This document shows positions 3,796 through 6,834 of a DNA stretch of 6,834 bases, in pieces. Each line of letters begins with the position of its first letter. Within the stretch, counting starts at the first letter, position 1. Both the position numbers and the translations under genes were made by a program. The notes below the pieces were generated by a model. It searched no databases. It saw only the letters and a list, made by a program, of their open reading frames with translations, and was not told the DNA's origin. The stretch covers positions 1 to 6,834 of the IMG/VR virus record IMGVR_UViG_3300045988_013754; one strand, given 5' to 3'. Origin of the DNA: a virus.

Positions 3796-4995
3796 TTACT
3801 TTTTCTTAAGAGCAGCAGTACCAATACCAGAAACAGTATTTAAAAAGAAATCTCTCCAAATCTGTTGAGCACGGTAATACTTCTTACGATTAAGCATGGA
3901 ATGGCCTTCACGAGACCAAAGTAATTCCTGCATCTGTTTTTCAAGGCGAGAAATCTGAGACTGATAGATATCCATATTACCTCTACCAGTAGCAACAGCA
4001 CCGGCAAGAGATTTATACGAACGATAATAAGCAGCATTAGACTGATACTCTTCTTTCATTGCGCGTACAAAGAAATCAGAAAGTTCAGCGGACTGTTTAT
4101 TACTTATACGAATACCAGCAGCACGGGCAATAGATTCATTATATTCTGCCAATCGATTCTTAATTGAAGCCAAGGATAACAGACCTTGAGCATATTGAGC
4201 AAAAAGTGATGCAGCATGAGAATAGACCTGAACCTGCTGTTGAGCAGGAAGATACTTATTCATGATTTCCTGACCTTTACCTTGTAGGTTAGTCAAAAGA
4301 GCCTGAGCAGCAGTAAGTTCAGTATGAGTACGAACTGCTTCATATTCCTGACGAATCTTATTTATACCAGTAACAGCCATCTCAGGAGCCATAGCACGAC
4401 GAATACTCCAATAAGCAGGATCAAGACTCTCAACCTCTCCATTAATATTGGAAAGAATCTGAGATTTACGAAAATCTGATCCAAACTGCATATCAAAAGC
4501 ATTCATAATACCTTGACCTTTTGCCTGATTGGCTAAAAGTTGATTACTATAATAAGAATTAATAGCATCTCCGATACTATTAAAATCCATCTGAAAGGTT
4601 TCAGGAACCTGATTAGGCATCTGAGCAGTAGGATTACCTACTCCAGAAACACCGGAGGAGGTAACACCAACACCTGCAGAATTGCCATCAAGTCCATTCA
4701 TGTAAGGATTATATCCGGCCTCTTCAAGGCGGGCGCGTTGCGCAGCCGGAGAATTATACTCGTTTTCACGATTCCATTGTTCCAAGGTCCACTGGTTTTG
4801 GGAATTACGTTCAGAAGTTTGCCACTCGCGATTAATAGCTGCCTGTTGGGCATTCCATTCATTATTCATTTGAGCGATTTCCTTCTGACCTTTATTATAA
4901 GCCTTGGCAGCACGTTTAGACATGCCGCCAGAGATACCAGAACCTAGAAGTCCAGAAACACCTGAAACAATAGCGCTACCAACAAGCGGACCCAT
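3796..4995 (-). CDS. VP2: Minor capsid / DNA pilot protein VP2 (H-like)
   Basis: 399-aa ORF with a Gly/Ser-rich hydrophobic N-terminus (MGPLVGSAIVSGVSGLLGSGISGG). It is Q/N/A-rich and coiled-coil-like. It carries the conserved YNSPAAQRARLEEAGYNPYM block (NSPxxQxxRxxxAGxNP) typical of Microviridae VP2. Its ATG shares one base with the stop of the upstream ORF (TAATG at 4997-4993). Confidence 0.85.
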   Translation of the reverse strand: MGPLVGSAIVSGVSGLLGSGISGGMSKRAAKAYNKGQKEIAQMNNEWNAQQAAINREWQTSERNSQNQWTLEQWNRENEYNSPAAQRARLEEAGYNPYMNGLDGNSAGVGVTSSGVSGVGNPTAQMPNQVPETFQMDFNSIGDAINSYYSNQLLANQAKGQGIMNAFDMQFGSDFRKSQILSNINGEVESLDPAYWSIRRAMAPEMAVTGINKIRQEYEAVRTHTELTAAQALLTNLQGKGQEIMNKYLPAQQQVQVYSHAASLFAQYAQGLLSLASIKNRLAEYNESIARAAGIRISNKQSAELSDFFVRAMKEEYQSNAAYYRSYKSLAGAVATGRGNMDIYQSQISRLEKQMQELLWSREGHSMLNRKKYYRAQQIWRDFFLNTVSGIGTAALKKK

Positions 4996-5408
4996 TATTC
5001 AGTAGATTGAACAGGTTCAGAATCAACCTTAGGCTGGGAAGCCATAGCGGCTTCTTTAACCTCAGCAACCATATCCTGATATTTCTGATCAAGACTAGCC
5101 ATCCAAGCATCAACCTCAGCCGGAGACTGTAAATAGCGAGACTTCAAAGTAGAAATCAACGCATCATCATCAAATTTCTGCTTATACGGAGACCGGGAGG
5201 GTTGAATAGAACGAATAATATTCAAATAGTTTTCTTCACCAATCTGATTACGAATACGCTCTGCATTCATAAGAAGATTGACATCGGAATTCATATGAAT
5301 ACAACCATCTTCATCGGTATAAAACCGAAGAGATTCAATCGGCTGTACAACAACGGCTATAGCCGAAGACAAACCAGAAACAATATTCTTATCACTCATA
5401 ATGAACAT
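4995..5408 (-). CDS. Small structural-module protein (137 aa), possibly a VP3-like internal scaffolding protein
   Basis: It lies between VP1 (stop 5413-5411, 2-nt gap) and VP2 (1-nt overlap) with tight coupling. The C-terminus is acidic (KVDSEPVQSTE). The function is assigned only from position and size by analogy to microvirus scaffold proteins. Confidence 0.7.
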   Translation of the reverse strand: MFIMSDKNIVSGLSSAIAVVVQPIESLRFYTDEDGCIHMNSDVNLLMNAERIRNQIGEENYLNIIRSIQPSRSPYKQKFDDDALISTLKSRYLQSPAEVDAWMASLDQKYQDMVAEVKEAAMASQPKVDSEPVQSTE

Positions 5409-5410
5409 CT

Positions 5411-6834
5411 TTAATAAGGCATACCATCATAGTCGAAGTTTCGGACAGCCTTAACATCCAAATACAACGAAGACAAAAACTGATCAGTATCCATCGAACT
5501 GTCAGCAGCAACTTTAAAGATACTATCCAAAACGGACGGATTTACTTTAAAGAAACCATAATTCAAGGAATACGTAGGAGTAGACTCGCCGGGGCGAATA
5601 GTAGAAGTCACCCATCTAGAAAGATACTCAGGATCAAGTGGAGCAACCCAAGATTTCAAAGTAGAACGGAAAGCTCCATACACTTCATCATAGTCGGTCT
5701 TTAAATCAATAAATCGCGGGGTATAACCCATAACCGATGCGGTGGGATCAGAAGCAAATGCACCAGAATCGTAATTAAAGAACCTACCAAAATGAAGCGA
5801 CTGCATACCAATAGAATCAAATTCCGGGAAAGGAAGATCAGCAGTATTGGTATATAAAAGATCCTGAGGCTGGCCGGTAATCACATAATCCAAAAGAGGA
5901 ACCACATGATAAATAGCCATCAAAATACCATACTCATCAGAGGAAAAATTTACTCCTCCTTGACCAGAACCAACACCTTTACCCATGATATCAGCCTGAT
6001 TTTCACCAGTAAGGTTATTATTCACAACCTCAGAGATATCAATATTAGAAGCAGAACCTCCAATACGGAAACAGGTATCAGAAAGAGCCGGAGACAAGGT
6101 TACACCGAAATGTGCATAAATCTGATCACGGGCAGTCTGATCAGCAACCTGAGAAACTTCACGATAACGCTGAACAGCTTCTGCCATACGAAGCTGGAGA
6201 ACGGTAAACGAAGCCTGTAACTGATTACTCAAAAACTTAGCTTTTAAAGTAGGTTCTCCAGAAGGAGGATTAAAAGGAACAATGTTGTAAACATTTCGTT
6301 CAGAACCACCAACAGGCGACATCTCAATTTTACCAGTAACATCAGCACCAGAAGAATCAGCGCCATAAACATCGGCAATAACATTAATAGATTGTCCTTC
6401 AGGAAGAACATCCACAACAGAAACATCGCCTAACTGGGAATTGGGCATAACACCCATGAAAAGATCTTTCGGCCAATTAGCATAACGAAGAGTTAAAAGA
6501 TTATTTTTCTCGACATACTCACGAATTTGATTAACCTGAATAGAAGCAAAAACATTACCACCAGAATACCAATCAAAATTATAAGTATATGGTTCATTAG
6601 ATTCCCATTGACTAAAACGAAAATGATCAGCATAAATCTTCTGATAAGCCGCAAGAGGCAAAATGTTTAAAGCATAAGTACCATTATAAGCACGTAAAGA
6701 AAAATCAGGATCAGAACTCAATCCAAAAGAATTTCCATAAACAGAAACATCCGCAAAACTATTAACAAAATTACCATAACGAAGCATCATAAGTAATTTT
6801 GCAGAAAGAGAGGCAGTATTAAAACCAAAAAAAT
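5411..6834 (-). CDS. VP1: Major capsid protein VP1, C-terminal part. The ORF-track start at 6790 is an internal Met; the true start is at 558 across the junction.
   Basis: 459-aa track ORF ending at TAA 5413-5411. The frame stays open upstream of 6790 to the window edge (..SAKLLMMLRYG..) and joins the 1-558 segment through the 119-nt overlap. Length and composition fit a Microviridae jelly-roll capsid protein with large insertion loops. Confidence 0.93.
   Translation of the reverse strand, partial: FFGFNTASLSAKLLMMLRYGNFVNSFADVSVYGNSFGLSSDPDFSLRAYNGTYALNILPLAAYQKIYADHFRFSQWESNEPYTYNFDWYSGGNVFASIQVNQIREYVEKNNLLTLRYANWPKDLFMGVMPNSQLGDVSVVDVLPEGQSINVIADVYGADSSGADVTGKIEMSPVGGSERNVYNIVPFNPPSGEPTLKAKFLSNQLQASFTVLQLRMAEAVQRYREVSQVADQTARDQIYAHFGVTLSPALSDTCFRIGGSASNIDISEVVNNNLTGENQADIMGKGVGSGQGGVNFSSDEYGILMAIYHVVPLLDYVITGQPQDLLYTNTADLPFPEFDSIGMQSLHFGRFFNYDSGAFASDPTASVMGYTPRFIDLKTDYDEVYGAFRSTLKSWVAPLDPEYLSRWVTSTIRPGESTPTYSLNYGFFKVNPSVLDSIFKVAADSSMDTDQFLSSLYLDVKAVRNFDYDGMPY
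6716..6834. repeat. Second copy of the terminal overlap (identical to 1-119)
   Basis: Same comparison as for 1-119. Confidence 0.97.

Noticed and set aside
3840-6426. Nested or antisense track ORFs inside VP2, the 137-aa ORF and VP1 (3840-4037 -, 4540-4947 +, 5202-5414 +, 5906-6220 +, 6244-6426 -), plus 623-805 + and 2024-2326 -
   Set aside because: They are L/I/F/R/S-rich low-complexity translations typical of off-frame or antisense reading of AT-rich coding DNA. They have no independent start context, and the + strand ones would need antisense transcription, which is not known in Microviridae.
1-6834. CRISPR arrays, transposase/IS elements, integrase, toxin-antitoxin or defence genes
   Set aside because: There are no spaced direct repeats of CRISPR type. 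No ORF carries recombinase, transposase or nuclease motifs other than the Rep HUH protein. The only long repeat is the 119-nt circular overlap.

Overview
The window holds one complete, circularly permuted Microviridae (small ssDNA phage) genome. Bases 1-119 are identical to 6716-6834, so the unit genome is 6715 nt and the window overruns the circle.

All convincing genes are on the - strand, so the - strand is the mRNA/virion-sense strand. In transcription order they are:
- a 64-82 aa ORF (2390-2632/2638)
- replication initiator VP4 (777-2378)
- a 73-aa ORF (563-784)
- major capsid protein VP1, which starts at 558, runs off the left edge and resumes at 6715 down to 5411 (620 aa when joined)
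- a 137-aa scaffold-like ORF (4995-5408)
- the minor capsid/pilot protein VP2 (3796-4995), followed by a clean intrinsic terminator (3761-3790)

The large VP1 and VP4 and two Bacteroidetes-type promoter matches suggest an Alpavirinae-like gut microvirus of a Bacteroidales host. This is inference, not proven.

The unusual part is a ~1.4-kb accessory module between VP2 and VP4 (2379-3795). Two orphan small ORFs (91 aa and 64-82 aa) flank a ~620-nt GC-rich, ORF-free, very hairpin-dense element (about 2687-3310). I cannot assign this element to any known RNA family from memory.

On the virion-sense strand the element carries six hairpins with C-G-closed GNA triloops (five GAA, one GTA; two contain GCGAAGC). 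It also has several internal direct repeats that offer mutually exclusive pairings. Leading hypotheses are a large structured ncRNA carried as cargo, or an ssDNA-folded functional site such as a complementary-strand origin or recombination site. Neither can be decided without homologs or experiments. No tRNA, rRNA, CRISPR array or transposase was found.
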